DNA of 64,000 nt from assembly GCA_035380245.1 (NCBI GenBank), contig DAOSXA010000004.1, positions 13,421-77,420 on the forward strand, in the 5' to 3' direction. Each line of letters opens with the position of its first letter. The first letter of the stretch is position 1. The DNA comes from Candidatus Zixiibacteriota bacterium (GTDB taxonomy: Bacteria > Zixibacteria > MSB-5A5 > GN15 > FEB-12). The notes beneath the pieces are model-generated. The model saw only the letters and a program-made list of their open reading frames with translations. It did not search any database and had not been told where the DNA came from. This document shows positions 21,631 through 31,250 of this stretch, piece after piece. The position numbers were made by a program, and so were the translations under genes.

Positions 21631-22635
21631 TCAGAAATTCATTCCGATCCCCAATCCGATACGGTACGTAGTATTGTTAATTTCATGCGGGATATTGGAA
21701 ATCTTCGTCCCCGCTTCTACCGTAACATCCTCACCGACAGCCTCATCGTAATAAGTCTCATCCTCGTACCAGGTCTGAACCTGCTTGCCGGTGGCATGAA
21801 GCCAGAGCAGTTCGGCCGACAGCTCTATATAAGGGGTTGACGGCCCCCTGGTTTTGAATTCGTATCGACCTGCCAATGAACCGATTACAGCGATACCTTC
21901 AGGGCTGCCCTCGGCCGTTTTTCCTCGGAGAACATGGTCGTCCAGATCGGAGGCAAACAAACGCGAAACCAGCACTTGCGGTTGTGCCTGCAGCATCGAT
22001 GAGGGTTTATAAATCGCCCGCGCCCCGATAAACGGCATCTTGTAGGTAACCTCATAATGTCCGACTTTCCCGTCCGAGGCATAATTCACCCATTCACTCC
22101 CTTCCCACTGACGAAGGCTCAGACCGATAATATCCTGCTTGATCTTGACATACCTGAAACCCATCACAACCCCGATCAGTCCTTTTGGCGATTTGACCAC
22201 CTTACGGCCGATCAATCCCTGCAACATTATGAAATCATGCTCGACATCGCTCTCGGAATAACTCCAGAGAACCTCTTCGTGGGTATACGGATTGGTTTCC
22301 CAGTCGGAATCCTTCATAGCATCACCGGGATCGGAGACATTGAGACTCGCTTCCGCCTCGACAAAATAAAATCCTTCGGATTCGAAGCGATTATTGATCC
22401 CGATCCGAAGCGTGGGATAAATCCCATCCAGCGGGAATTCGAGCTTACTCCGGCCGCGTACGATCACGGTATCATTGCCGTAAAGAGCGTAATAGGCGAA
22501 GTTGATTTCATAGTCGTGATATCCACTCTGCCAGGAAATTGAGGGGGTCAATTGAAAATCTATTGTAGCTTCGGCGGAAACCGATCCGGTCGCCATCAGA
22601 ACCAGGAAAGCCAGAGATACGATCGTTTTTTTCAT
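21631..22635 (-). CDS. Omptin-family (peptidase A26-like) outer-membrane beta-barrel protease
   Basis: Signal peptide ...GSVSAEA and a C-terminal GIGMNF. My recalled alignment to OmpT pairs GDAMKDSDWET with GNMVDQDWMD, YKMPFIGARAIY with FKMPYIGLTGSY, and SDLDDH with SDNDEH (catalytic Asp/His pair). Confidence 0.6.
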   Translation of the reverse strand: MKKTIVSLAFLVLMATGSVSAEATIDFQLTPSISWQSGYHDYEINFAYYALYGNDTVIVRGRSKLEFPLDGIYPTLRIGINNRFESEGFYFVEAEASLNVSDPGDAMKDSDWETNPYTHEEVLWSYSESDVEHDFIMLQGLIGRKVVKSPKGLIGVVMGFRYVKIKQDIIGLSLRQWEGSEWVNYASDGKVGHYEVTYKMPFIGARAIYKPSSMLQAQPQVLVSRLFASDLDDHVLRGKTAEGSPEGIAVIGSLAGRYEFKTRGPSTPYIELSAELLWLHATGKQVQTWYEDETYYDEAVGEDVTVEAGTKISNIPHEINNTTYRIGLGIGMNF

Positions 22636-22811
22636 GAGAGCGGATCCCCAATCAATAATGCTGTTGTTTTTCGTTGATATATTTTAGAGCGACAACACGA
22701 CAAAGTCAAATAACGTTTGTCCGGATCATCGCCTCGGATTCCACCCGCCGCTATGAGTTGCGACATCTTCTCCATGAGAGAGCGCGGATTGTTGATTGGT
22801 TTGAGACGAAG

Positions 22812-23900
22812 TTACCGTGGTATTTTTTCGCCGGTCATGGCCTCGATTTCGTCAAGGAGGGCCTTTTCCAGCTCATCTTCTTTTGTGTACGCAATAACCT
22901 CACCCTTCTTAATGAGGGTGCCTTTGCCGACTCCCCCCGCAATACCGACATCGGCCGCCCGGGCCTCACCGGGTCCGTTTACGGCACAACCCATCACGGC
23001 CACTTTCAAGGGGGTTTTGATATGACGTGTCTTGGCGGTAATCGATTCGGCCAGTGGAATCAAGTCGATTTGACAGCGTCCGCAGGTGGGACAGCTTATA
23101 ACCTCTACCCCGTCGGGCTTCAGGTTGCAGGCAGCCAATATCTGTTTGCCGATGCGCGGCTCGTGAATCGGATCGGCCGTCAGTGAGACCCGAATGGTAT
23201 CGCCGATACCGGTGAGCAGAAGCGCCCCGATCCCTACTGAAGATTTAATGGTCCCCGGTTCGAGAATGCCCGCTTCGGTAATGCCGAGATGCAGCGGGTA
23301 ATCACATTTTTCGGCCAGAATATGATAAGCCCAAAACGCCACAGTCGGTGAGGTTGACTTGACCGAAATTATTATATCCCGGAAATCCATATCCTCCAGC
23401 ACGGCGGCTTCGCGCAACGCCGCTTCGGCGAACGCCCGAGGATCGTCATGACCGTATTGCTTCAGCAGATCCTTGGGAAGCGACCCGGAATTGACGCCGA
23501 TCCGGATCGGAACCTCGGCCTCCCCGGCCGCCCTGGTTACCTCGCGGACTTTCCATTCCTCACCGATATTGCCGGGATTGATTCTAATTTTGTCAAAACC
23601 GGCCTCGATTGCCGCCAGGGCCAGCTTATAATGAAAATGGATATCGGCCACGAGCGGACCGGTCGTTTGTTCGCGGATCGCCTTAAGACAACGCGCCGCT
23701 TCCTGGTTGAGTACCGACAGGCGAACGATCTCGGCTCCGGCCTCAAAAAGTTGTTTGATCTGTTTCACCGTCGCCGCGATATCTCGGGTGTCGGAGGTCG
23801 TCATGGACTGCACCGTCACCGGGAAACCACCGCCGATGATCAGATCACCGACCTTAACTGCGCGGCTCTCGCGCCGCTTAACGGGATAGTTTATTTCCAT
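22812..23900 (-). CDS. ispG: 4-hydroxy-3-methylbut-2-en-1-yl diphosphate synthase
   Basis: RRESRAVKVGDLIIGGGFPVTVQSMT...ISCPTCGRC...VMGCAVNGPGE. Confidence 0.95.
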   Translation of the reverse strand: MEINYPVKRRESRAVKVGDLIIGGGFPVTVQSMTTSDTRDIAATVKQIKQLFEAGAEIVRLSVLNQEAARCLKAIREQTTGPLVADIHFHYKLALAAIEAGFDKIRINPGNIGEEWKVREVTRAAGEAEVPIRIGVNSGSLPKDLLKQYGHDDPRAFAEAALREAAVLEDMDFRDIIISVKSTSPTVAFWAYHILAEKCDYPLHLGITEAGILEPGTIKSSVGIGALLLTGIGDTIRVSLTADPIHEPRIGKQILAACNLKPDGVEVISCPTCGRCQIDLIPLAESITAKTRHIKTPLKVAVMGCAVNGPGEARAADVGIAGGVGKGTLIKKGEVIAYTKEDELEKALLDEIEAMTGEKIPR

Positions 23901-23987
23901 TTAGCTCTTTGTTCTCTTGACCGGAGTCACATGAAAAACGTAGTTTAGATAGTTTTACGCAGACAAGCAACCGGAAGATGGACGAAT

Positions 23988-24374
23988 TTGATCTGGCTAA
24001 AAAAACTTTCAATTATAGTGATCCTGCTGATAGCTCTCGGGATCTATTTTGGTAATCGCCATCTTAATCGGCAACGATTCACCGATGCCGGTCAAAAAAA
24101 CGCCCTGGTCACCGCTCAGGCCTGGGTCGCAACCGCCACCTATCGCAATAATCCGGAACGTTACACCGAGTTCCGCGATTCCCTGCTGACGGCATCCGGC
24201 ATATCCGCCGAAGATCTTCGCGATTATCTGAACAAGTATCAGGAAGAACCGGAGAAATACTACTACTTCACCAGGATGGTTAAATACTACGTGGATTCAC
24301 TGACCAGTCCCTTGCTGGAACAAAGCGATATCGACCTCGATTCGCTCGAAGCTGCCGAGTCTGAAAATCCCTGA
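23988..24374 (+). CDS. Hypothetical membrane-anchored protein (TTG start)
   Basis: One N-terminal TM (LSIIVILLIALGIYF) followed by a hydrophilic domain. I recognise no family. Confidence 0.45.
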   Translation: MIWLKKLSIIVILLIALGIYFGNRHLNRQRFTDAGQKNALVTAQAWVATATYRNNPERYTEFRDSLLTASGISAEDLRDYLNKYQEEPEKYYYFTRMVKYYVDSLTSPLLEQSDIDLDSLEAAESENP

Positions 24375-24529
24375 ACTCCGTCGGAAGGGCAGCCCCCTGG
24401 TAATTCCCCAACTTCCAACCGTCATGCAGGCGACACGAGGCCGCCCGCCACGCATGGAAAAAAGTCTAAGTCATAGAACGTATAGCTACGGGACTTATCT
24501 CTGCTGTAATGAAGTGCTTTTCGGGAGAG

Positions 24530-24931
24530 CTAGTCCGCCTCATCCGCCGCTTCAAAGGCGTTCGGGTAATGTTCCAGACGACCGTCGATAAAAGTAATCA
24601 CATCGAACCGTAAATCGCAGTCGCTCAGGCTTTTCTCGATCACATAAGCCTGCGCCGCTCGCGTCAGGTTGATCGTCTTTTTCACATCCACCCGCTCCGC
24701 CGGATGGCCGAACGAAACATCCCGCACGGATTTAACCTCTACGAAAACAACCTGCTTCCCCTTGCGAGCGATCAGATCAATCTCATAGCGGCCGGAACGC
24801 CAGTTGGCGGCGAGAATATCAAAACCGTGTTGCTTCAGATATTCGGACGCTAGTTTTTCGTATTTCTGCCAGGATTTAAGAGGCTTGTTGGTGGAGGACT
24901 CTCGATAATCAGAACAAGACATACTGATCAA
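24530..24931 (-). CDS. yraN: YraN-family (UPF0102) endonuclease
   Basis: YLKQHGFDILAANWRSGRYEIDLIA...VVFVEVKS. Confidence 0.85.
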   Translation of the reverse strand: MISMSCSDYRESSTNKPLKSWQKYEKLASEYLKQHGFDILAANWRSGRYEIDLIARKGKQVVFVEVKSVRDVSFGHPAERVDVKKTINLTRAAQAYVIEKSLSDCDLRFDVITFIDGRLEHYPNAFEAADEAD

Positions 24932-25595
24932 CCAGCTCCGCCACCGGTTTGAACGACCGGCGATGGATTTCGCAGGGACCGTGTTCGCGCAGTTCCTCTA
25001 AATGAGCCCTGGTCGGATAACCCTTATGCTGAGCGAAACTGAACGAAGGATACAGCGTCTGATAACGATCCATGATCCGGTCACGCGTTACCTTGGCCAC
25101 GATCGACGCTGCCGAGATCGACGCACAGAGAGCATCACCGCCAACGATGGCATACTGCGGCTGGGTCATTTTGGGAATCGTGAAGGTTCCGTCGACCAGC
25201 AGAAAATCAGGATTAGGCTGAAGGTCCTGGACCGCTTTACGCATCGCCATCAGCGAGGCTTTGAGGATGTTCATTTTATCGATACATTCGTTGTCGATAA
25301 TCCCCACCGCACAGGGCAGTTCGAGATCGGCGATCTGCTCGAAAATTATCTCACGCCGCTTGGGCGAAAGTTTCTTGGAATCGGTCAATCCCTCGATTTT
25401 AAGATCGGGCGGCATGATTACGGCGGCGGCGACAACCGGCCCGGCCAGCGGTCCCCGACCAACTTCATCAACGCCGCAGATGGCGCTGAATCCCTTGTCC
25501 GTCAGCATCTGCTCGATATTGGCGTACATCTCGGCCATCAGCTTAGGATCTGCTTTCATCGCTCGCCTCATGGTTGAATTATGCCCACCGCTCAT
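24909..25595 (-). CDS. rnhB: Ribonuclease HII
   Basis: ICGVDEVGRGPLAGPVVAAAVIM...DSKKLSPKRRE. The exact start is uncertain. Confidence 0.92.
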   Translation of the reverse strand: MSGGHNSTMRRAMKADPKLMAEMYANIEQMLTDKGFSAICGVDEVGRGPLAGPVVAAAVIMPPDLKIEGLTDSKKLSPKRREIIFEQIADLELPCAVGIIDNECIDKMNILKASLMAMRKAVQDLQPNPDFLLVDGTFTIPKMTQPQYAIVGGDALCASISAASIVAKVTRDRIMDRYQTLYPSFSFAQHKGYPTRAHLEELREHGPCEIHRRSFKPVAELVDQYVLF

Positions 25596-25802
25596 AAACG
25601 GTGCAAGTTAATGTTTCCCTATTGACCTAGTCGGCCGCCAAAAAGGCTTTTATTAGCGCTTTTTGCGGCTATATTGGGTCAAATTAGCGGACTTCCAACG
25701 GCTTTGTCGAAATCTCGCGGCCCAAACCTTGATCCCCCACCCGAGCGGTGAGGCACCTGGTACCGGGGATTTGATAAATTGTGTACGAGGATTGAATCAT
25801 TC

Positions 25803-25828
25803 ACCGCGTAACGGCGGGGCTTGTCTCC
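25803..25828. repeat. Short interspersed repeat, copy 2 (cgcgtaAcggcggggcttgtctcc)
   Basis: Matches 16604-16628. It lies in the rnhB/rsmD divergent intergenic region. Confidence 0.6.
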
Positions 25829-25864
25829 ACCGCGACCGAACATAAGATTGAGAAGTGCCCAGGC

Positions 25865-26458
25865 ATGGCAAAAAGAGACGACGACAACGATTTCGAATTC
25901 CGTATCATCGCCGGTGAGCTCAAGGGCAAACTCATCCGCGCCCCCAAGCTGGCCGGTACCCGTCCGCCGCTCAGCCGGATGCGCAAGTCGATCTTCGACT
26001 TCCTCAATCCATATCTCATCGGAGCGAATTATCTCGATCTTTTCAGCGGTACCGGCTCCTACCTGTTCGAAGCGGTCAGTCGTGGTGTCGATCAGGCTAC
26101 CGGAGTTGAACTGGACGAACGACTGGTCGAATCGATCAATCATCACGCCGAGCAGTTCGGCGTCGCCGACCGGTTGCTTTGTCTTCAGGCCGATGTTTTC
26201 GAGGCGATTTCCGACTTCGCCGTCACCGGCCGGTTGTTCGACATTGTCATGATCGCCCCGCCGCAATACCGGGGAGTCATCGACCAAACTATGCAGGCCC
26301 TCGCGGACCATCGCATTGTCCGCGATGATGCTCTCATTCTCTGCCAGCACGACACCTCCGAAACGAGTAAAATAAACTTCGGCTCCTGGCCGATCCTGCA
26401 GCAGCGCAAATACGGCAACACCACCTACACGATCCTGTCCCCTTCCGAGCCCAAATGA
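25865..26458 (+). CDS. rsmD: 16S rRNA (guanine966-N2)-methyltransferase RsmD
   Basis: RIIAGELKGKLIRAPK...TRPPLSRMRKSIFDFL...LDLFSGTGSYLFEAVSRG...APPQY. Confidence 0.88.
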   Translation: MAKRDDDNDFEFRIIAGELKGKLIRAPKLAGTRPPLSRMRKSIFDFLNPYLIGANYLDLFSGTGSYLFEAVSRGVDQATGVELDERLVESINHHAEQFGVADRLLCLQADVFEAISDFAVTGRLFDIVMIAPPQYRGVIDQTMQALADHRIVRDDALILCQHDTSETSKINFGSWPILQQRKYGNTTYTILSPSEPK

Positions 26459-26519
26459 GCCACGATTCGAGCGAGAGCAAGCGTCTGGCCGACCCGTCCA
26501 CGGGTGGGGATTAGCAGTG

Positions 26520-26575
26520 GTAGGTCGGGTTCCGGAGTGAGCGCTGGCGAAGCCCCGTGAACGCAGAAACCCGAC
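26520..26575 (+). repeat. GTAG-headed REP-like hairpin (variant)
   Basis: GTAGGTCGGGTT...AAACCCGAC has the same head and architecture as the REPs flanking the RAYT gene. Degenerate copies of other hairpin modules follow at about 26650-26800. Confidence 0.55.
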
Positions 26576-26830
26576 AAATTTCGGATAAACCCATCATTCC
26601 CGGCTATCAGATTCCCTCTACTGGAAACCTAAGGCAAACCTCGATCAACCCATCTTCCTTCATGTGGGCGGCCGACATCCTCGTCTGACCAATAAATCCG
26701 CGCCGGTTCAAAGACGGACCTACGGCACGGTGATTCAAACTTCCCACCATAGAGGTGCGGCACCAAAGCTACCTATGTCTGGTTTGTACAAGGGCGGATC
26801 CGTCTTCGAATTCACCCGGCCCACGTCACC

Positions 26831-26865
26831 CCAAAAGAAAAAGGGCGCCCGATTAAGAGCGCCCG
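26831..26865 (-). terminator. Rho-independent terminator after rplS
   Basis: Minus strand: gggcgc-tcttaatcgg-gcgccc followed by tttttctttt. Confidence 0.75.
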
Positions 26866-26886
26866 TGAATGGCAAATTGAAGTTAG

Positions 26887-27396
26887 TTACTCTTCCTTTT
26901 TACCTTCTTCTTCAGCCGGAGTTTCCTCAGCCTTGGCCTCTTCGACCGGGGCCTGGGGAGCTGCTTCCTCAACTTTTTCGGTCACGGTTTCAGCCACCTC
27001 TGCGGTAACTTCACCGTCGCTGATACGTTTCAGAGTCTCGCGCTCTTCGGCATCCATAATCTGCTCTTTAATACGAGCGGATTTGCCGGTCAGCTCACGA
27101 AGGTAGTAGAGCTTGGCGCGACGAACCTTACCGGCTCTGATTTTCTCGATTTTGGCTATGTTCGGCGAGCAAAGCGGGAAAACACGCTCGACGCCGATGC
27201 CGGAAGAGATTTTGCGCACGGTGACAGTAGCCCCGGTACCGCTGCCGCGGCGACCGATCACTGTCCCCTGGAAAACCTGAATACGCTCTTTGTCGCCCTC
27301 TTTAATTTTGTAGTGGACCTTAAGCGTATCGCCCGAGCTGAACGGGGGGATATCTTCCCGCATGAAGCTCTTTTCGATTTGGGCTATACGTTTCAT
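26887..27396 (-). CDS. rplS: 50S ribosomal protein L19 with an acidic C-terminal extension of about 50 aa
   Basis: [29 protein letters not shown]...SPNIAKIE, followed by an E/A/V-rich tail. Confidence 0.95.
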   Translation of the reverse strand: MKRIAQIEKSFMREDIPPFSSGDTLKVHYKIKEGDKERIQVFQGTVIGRRGSGTGATVTVRKISSGIGVERVFPLCSPNIAKIEKIRAGKVRRAKLYYLRELTGKSARIKEQIMDAEERETLKRISDGEVTAEVAETVTEKVEEAAPQAPVEEAKAEETPAEEEGKKEE

Positions 27397-27418
27397 TGGC
27401 TAACCCTTTCTATATCGA

Positions 27419-28177
27419 TCAATGTTCTTTTTTTCTCGTCTTGTTCAACAGGGCCCGCTCCTCAGCGGTCAGTTCCTGCTTTTCCAACAGGTCCGGGCGA
27501 TTGGCCGCACATTTGAGCAGGGCCGCCTCGCGCCGAAACCGTTCAATCTCCTTGTGGTTGCCGTTTACCAGCGGCTCCGGAACTTTCAGCCCGGCATACT
27601 CGACCGGTTTGGTGTAAACCGGCCAGCCCAGCGTGGATTCCATGTGTGAGTCGTTGATAGCCGACTCGAAATTCCCCAGCACCCCCGGAATCAAGCGTGC
27701 GGTGCAGTCGACAATCACTGCCGCTGCCGGTTCACCGCCGGAAAGGGTGTAATCGCCGATCGAGATCTCTTCGATGTCGTACAAATCCAGCAGCCGTTCA
27801 TCAACGCCCAGATAATGGCCGCAGATGATCGTCAGCCGGTCCAGAAGCGACATCTTCACCGCTTCATGCTGAGTCAGCGGTGTTCCCGCCGCCGAGGTCA
27901 ACAACAGGCGCCGGTTCTCACCCGACGCGACCGCCTTATCGCGCGGTTGCCACCCCAGGCTTTGCAGACAACGATCGAGCGGCTCCAGTTTGAGCACCAT
28001 CCCGCCGCCGCCGCCGTACGGGGTGTCATCAACCGTGTGATGACGGTCCGTGGCGAAATCACGGAGATTGATTATTTCTATTTCAAAGAGCTGCTTCTCC
28101 AGCGCTTTGCCGATCAACGACTGCCGCAATGACAGGGCAAAGTAATCCGGAAAAAGCGTTACTATCTCATACTTCAT
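27419..28177 (-). CDS. trmD: tRNA (guanine37-N1)-methyltransferase
   Basis: MKYEIVTLFPDYF...VDDTPYGGGGGMVLK...LSGGEPAA. Confidence 0.95.
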   Translation of the reverse strand: MKYEIVTLFPDYFALSLRQSLIGKALEKQLFEIEIINLRDFATDRHHTVDDTPYGGGGGMVLKLEPLDRCLQSLGWQPRDKAVASGENRRLLLTSAAGTPLTQHEAVKMSLLDRLTIICGHYLGVDERLLDLYDIEEISIGDYTLSGGEPAAAVIVDCTARLIPGVLGNFESAINDSHMESTLGWPVYTKPVEYAGLKVPEPLVNGNHKEIERFRREAALLKCAANRPDLLEKQELTAEERALLNKTRKKEH

Positions 28178-28188
28178 CGACCGAGCCT

Positions 28189-28710
28189 TCAGGCCGTTTC
28201 CACCAGACCGGCCGCATCAATCACGATTTTCTTCGTTCTCACATCAACGTGCTTCACGAACTTCCGAACCGCCGCTATTGACAGCCTGCGGCCGTCGCTC
28301 GCCGCGATCCGATAAACATCGTTGGCCGGGTATTGCTCCACCGATTCAACGACACCTATCTTTTCACCGTTCGTCTCGTCGACCACCTCGCAATCGACCA
28401 GCTCATGCAGGTAATGACTGCCCTCGGGCAGATCCACCAACTCGTCCGAGACAACACCCAGTTCGAGATTGGTCAGCAGTCGAGCCTGTTCCGGATTCTC
28501 GATTCCCTCGAATCGCAGCACCGGTCGCCCCGATACGATTCGGGACGAGACGATATTCAGCTTTTGCCATCCCTGGCGATTGTGGACATGAATCGTTTTC
28601 ATGCCCACGAAACGCTCCGGGAAGTCGGTTTGGGGCGTGACGAAAATCTCACCGTTCACGCCGCGGGGTCGGCCGAGTCGACCGATCACCACCATTTCGT
28701 CCTGGGACAC
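28189..28710 (-). CDS. rimM: 16S rRNA processing protein RimM
   Basis: VIGRLGRPRGVNGEIFV...PLUS PRC-barrel-like C-terminus, in the conserved operon position. Confidence 0.9.
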   Translation of the reverse strand: MSQDEMVVIGRLGRPRGVNGEIFVTPQTDFPERFVGMKTIHVHNRQGWQKLNIVSSRIVSGRPVLRFEGIENPEQARLLTNLELGVVSDELVDLPEGSHYLHELVDCEVVDETNGEKIGVVESVEQYPANDVYRIAASDGRRLSIAAVRKFVKHVDVRTKKIVIDAAGLVETA

Positions 28711-28713
28711 CGT

Positions 28714-28944
28714 CTATTCCAGAATCTCCAGCACGGCGCGCTTGCCCTGACGGGCAGCGGCGGCGGCGAGCAGGGTCCGAATCGACTTGGCCGTCTGGCC
28801 CTGTTTGCCGATCACTTTGCCGAGGTCCGGCTGCGCGACACGCAGTTCATAAACGGTCGTCCGGCTGCCTTCAACTTCCTTAACATCCACTTGGTCCGGA
28901 TTGTCCACGAGGTACTTGACGATCAGTTCGATGAATTCCTTCAT
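28714..28944 (-). CDS. KH-domain RNA-binding protein (YlqC/UPF0109 family)
   Basis: 76 aa, with [20 protein letters not shown] (GXXG KH motif), located between rpsP and rimM. Confidence 0.88.
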   Translation of the reverse strand: MKEFIELIVKYLVDNPDQVDVKEVEGSRTTVYELRVAQPDLGKVIGKQGQTAKSIRTLLAAAAARQGKRAVLEILE

Positions 28945-29053
28945 TGCCAGGGCCCTTTCTGATTATCCGTTGAGAAGGAGATACCGTGTTCCATTCAAAA
29001 TTCGTTTGTGAACGGCGTCCTGCGACGCCGGTGGATTATCCGCAATCGGGTCG

Positions 29054-29551
29054 TTACTCTCCGGAGCCTTCCGCCGCCGCTTCACCGGCTTCTTCCGCCG
29101 GCGCCTCGGCCGCCTGGGCCGCTTCTTCCTTAGCCTTGGCCGCCGCTTCGGCCGCCTTGGCTTTTTCTTCAGCTTCCTTAGCCGCCGCTTCCGCTTTAGC
29201 CAGAGCCGCCTTCTTCATCTGACGCGTCTTCTTCGGACGCTCTTTGATCGTGGTCTTGATTTCGACCGTCGACACATCCTGTCCCTTCTTCAGCATCTCG
29301 TATTTGGTGAGAAAACCGATCTGGGACAAAAGCGCGTGGACCGTGTTCGACGGCTGCGCGCCGTCGTTGAACCATTTCACCAGCTTGTCTTCGAAGACAT
29401 GAATCTCGGCCGGCTTGGTAATCGGATTATAGGTGCCAAGATTCTCCAGATACTTACCGTCACGGGCGCGACGTGAATCGATCGCCACGATCCGGTAGAA
29501 CGGGCGTTTCTTAGCTCCCATACGGCGAAGTCTTACATGTACAGCCAACAA
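29054..29551 (-). CDS. rpsP: 30S ribosomal protein S16 with an Ala/Glu/Lys-rich C-terminal extension of about 55 aa
   Basis: VRLRRMGAKKRPFYRIVAIDSRRARDGKYLE, followed by a tail KKAALAKAEAAAKEAEEKAKAAEAAAKAKEEAAQAAE.... Confidence 0.95.
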   Translation of the reverse strand: MLAVHVRLRRMGAKKRPFYRIVAIDSRRARDGKYLENLGTYNPITKPAEIHVFEDKLVKWFNDGAQPSNTVHALLSQIGFLTKYEMLKKGQDVSTVEIKTTIKERPKKTRQMKKAALAKAEAAAKEAEEKAKAAEAAAKAKEEAAQAAEAPAEEAGEAAAEGSGE

Positions 29552-29574
29552 ATCCTCCGTTACTTCTGTCCGGG

Positions 29575-30897
29575 TCAGAAGGGCATGAGCCCTTTCGGAA
29601 GACCTCGGAACTTCTTTTTATTCATATTCTGAAACATTTTTTGCATCGCAAAGAACTGCTTGAGCAACTGGTTGACCGACTGGACTGAGTTCCCCGACCC
29701 CGCCGCTATACGGCGTTTGCGGGATCCATCGATCATCACCGGGTTGCGTCGCTCCTGGACAGTCATCGACTTGATGATCGCCACCATCCGCTCCATGTCG
29801 CGTTCATCCACTTTGATTCCCTTGAGCATTTTACCGGCGCCCGGGATCATACCCAGCAGCGATTCGAGCGGACCCATCTTTTTAAGCTGCTCCATCTGGC
29901 TCAGAAAATCCTCGAAGTCGAATTTGGCCTTGAGAATCTTCTCCTGCATCTTCGCGGCCTCTTTGGCGTCGATCGTCTCCTGAGCCTTTTCGACCAGCGA
30001 GACGATATCCCCCATACCGAGAATGCGCGATGCCATCCGCTCGGGATGGAACGGCTCCAACTCGGGGAGCTTTTCGCCCACTGAGGCCATCTTGATCGGG
30101 CAGCCCGTTACATGACGGATCGACAGCGCCGCGCCGCCTCGGGCATCGCCGTCGAGCTTCGACAGCACCACCCCGGTGACGGAGAGACGCTTGTGGAACT
30201 CATCGGCCACTTTAACCGCATCCTGACCGGTCATGGCATCGGCCACAAGCAGCAGTTCATCCGGAGGAGCCACTTTCTTGAGCTCCTCCAATTCGTTCAT
30301 CAACTCATCGTCTATATGCAACCGTCCGGCGGTGTCGATCAGAACCAGATCAATGAAATTCTTCTCGGCGTACTTGATCGCCTGACGGGCGATTTCCGGT
30401 GGCTTGGTGTTTTCGACGTGGAAATGCGGGACGTCGATCTGGTCGGCCAGCACCTTGAGCTGCTTGACCGCGGCCGGGCGATAGATATCGCAGGCGACCA
30501 CCATCGGCTTCTTGTTTTTGCGCTTGGCCCAGAGAGCGAGCTTGGCGGTCAGAGTGGTTTTACCCGAGCCCTGAAGACCGCAGACGGCGTAAACCGTGGG
30601 GGACTTGTCGATCGGATGCAGCGGTTCGGCTTTGCCGCCGAGGAGCGCAACCAGCTCGTCGTGGACGATCTTGATCACGTGCTGACCGGGGTCGATCGAC
30701 TGAAGGACTTCGACGCCGACCGCTTTGGCCTCGACTGCCTTGATGAAGTCTTTGGCGACTTTGTAATTGACGTCCGCTTCGAGGAGCGCGCGACGGACCT
30801 CGCGCATGGAGTCCTGGATGTTCTTCTCCGTCAGGCGACCGGCGCCTCGGAGTTTCTTGAAGACCACATCCAGTTTTTCAGACAGCGAGCTAAACAT
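29575..30897 (-). CDS. ffh: Signal recognition particle protein Ffh
   Basis: GLQGSGKTT...DTAGRL...M-domain with MGPLESLLGMIPG. Confidence 0.97.
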   Translation of the reverse strand: MFSSLSEKLDVVFKKLRGAGRLTEKNIQDSMREVRRALLEADVNYKVAKDFIKAVEAKAVGVEVLQSIDPGQHVIKIVHDELVALLGGKAEPLHPIDKSPTVYAVCGLQGSGKTTLTAKLALWAKRKNKKPMVVACDIYRPAAVKQLKVLADQIDVPHFHVENTKPPEIARQAIKYAEKNFIDLVLIDTAGRLHIDDELMNELEELKKVAPPDELLLVADAMTGQDAVKVADEFHKRLSVTGVVLSKLDGDARGGAALSIRHVTGCPIKMASVGEKLPELEPFHPERMASRILGMGDIVSLVEKAQETIDAKEAAKMQEKILKAKFDFEDFLSQMEQLKKMGPLESLLGMIPGAGKMLKGIKVDERDMERMVAIIKSMTVQERRNPVMIDGSRKRRIAAGSGNSVQSVNQLLKQFFAMQKMFQNMNKKKFRGLPKGLMPF

Positions 30898-31250
30898 CGT
30901 TTCCTCGAAATTTCATCCAACACAAAACGGCCAACTATTGGCCAGACCTCTCCATCGCGGTCTGGGCAACCTGGAGCTCCTGGGAGCCTATCCACCTGTC
31001 CAGCCGCACTGGAGCCTGTAAATATAATGGTTGGCTTTAGTTTGGCAAGCAGTTTATCCACATTTTGGCAGCGTCGCGTAAGGGGATCCGAATTTTCCAT
31101 AACAGTATATATCCCTTCCCCTTATAGAGAATTGGGTTCGTTTTGCGTATTTTTGTTTTGGGGTAACAGAAGCTGTAGTGATTGCGGCCGCGGGGTCCGC
31201 TCGGTGATTGATTTCCAAGGTTTGTGGTGCTGTCCTGTTCATACAAGAGA

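Noticed and set aside
25679-26350. 223-aa minus-strand ORF overlapping rsmD
   Set aside because: It is antisense to a well-supported rsmD gene with canonical methyltransferase motifs. It is a shadow ORF.
30898-31250. Possible SRP RNA, another ncRNA, or the promoter region upstream of ffh
   Set aside because: I could not find the conserved SRP RNA domain IV motifs (GGAA/AGCA symmetric loop context) or any other recognisable ncRNA signature by eye. I leave it unannotated.
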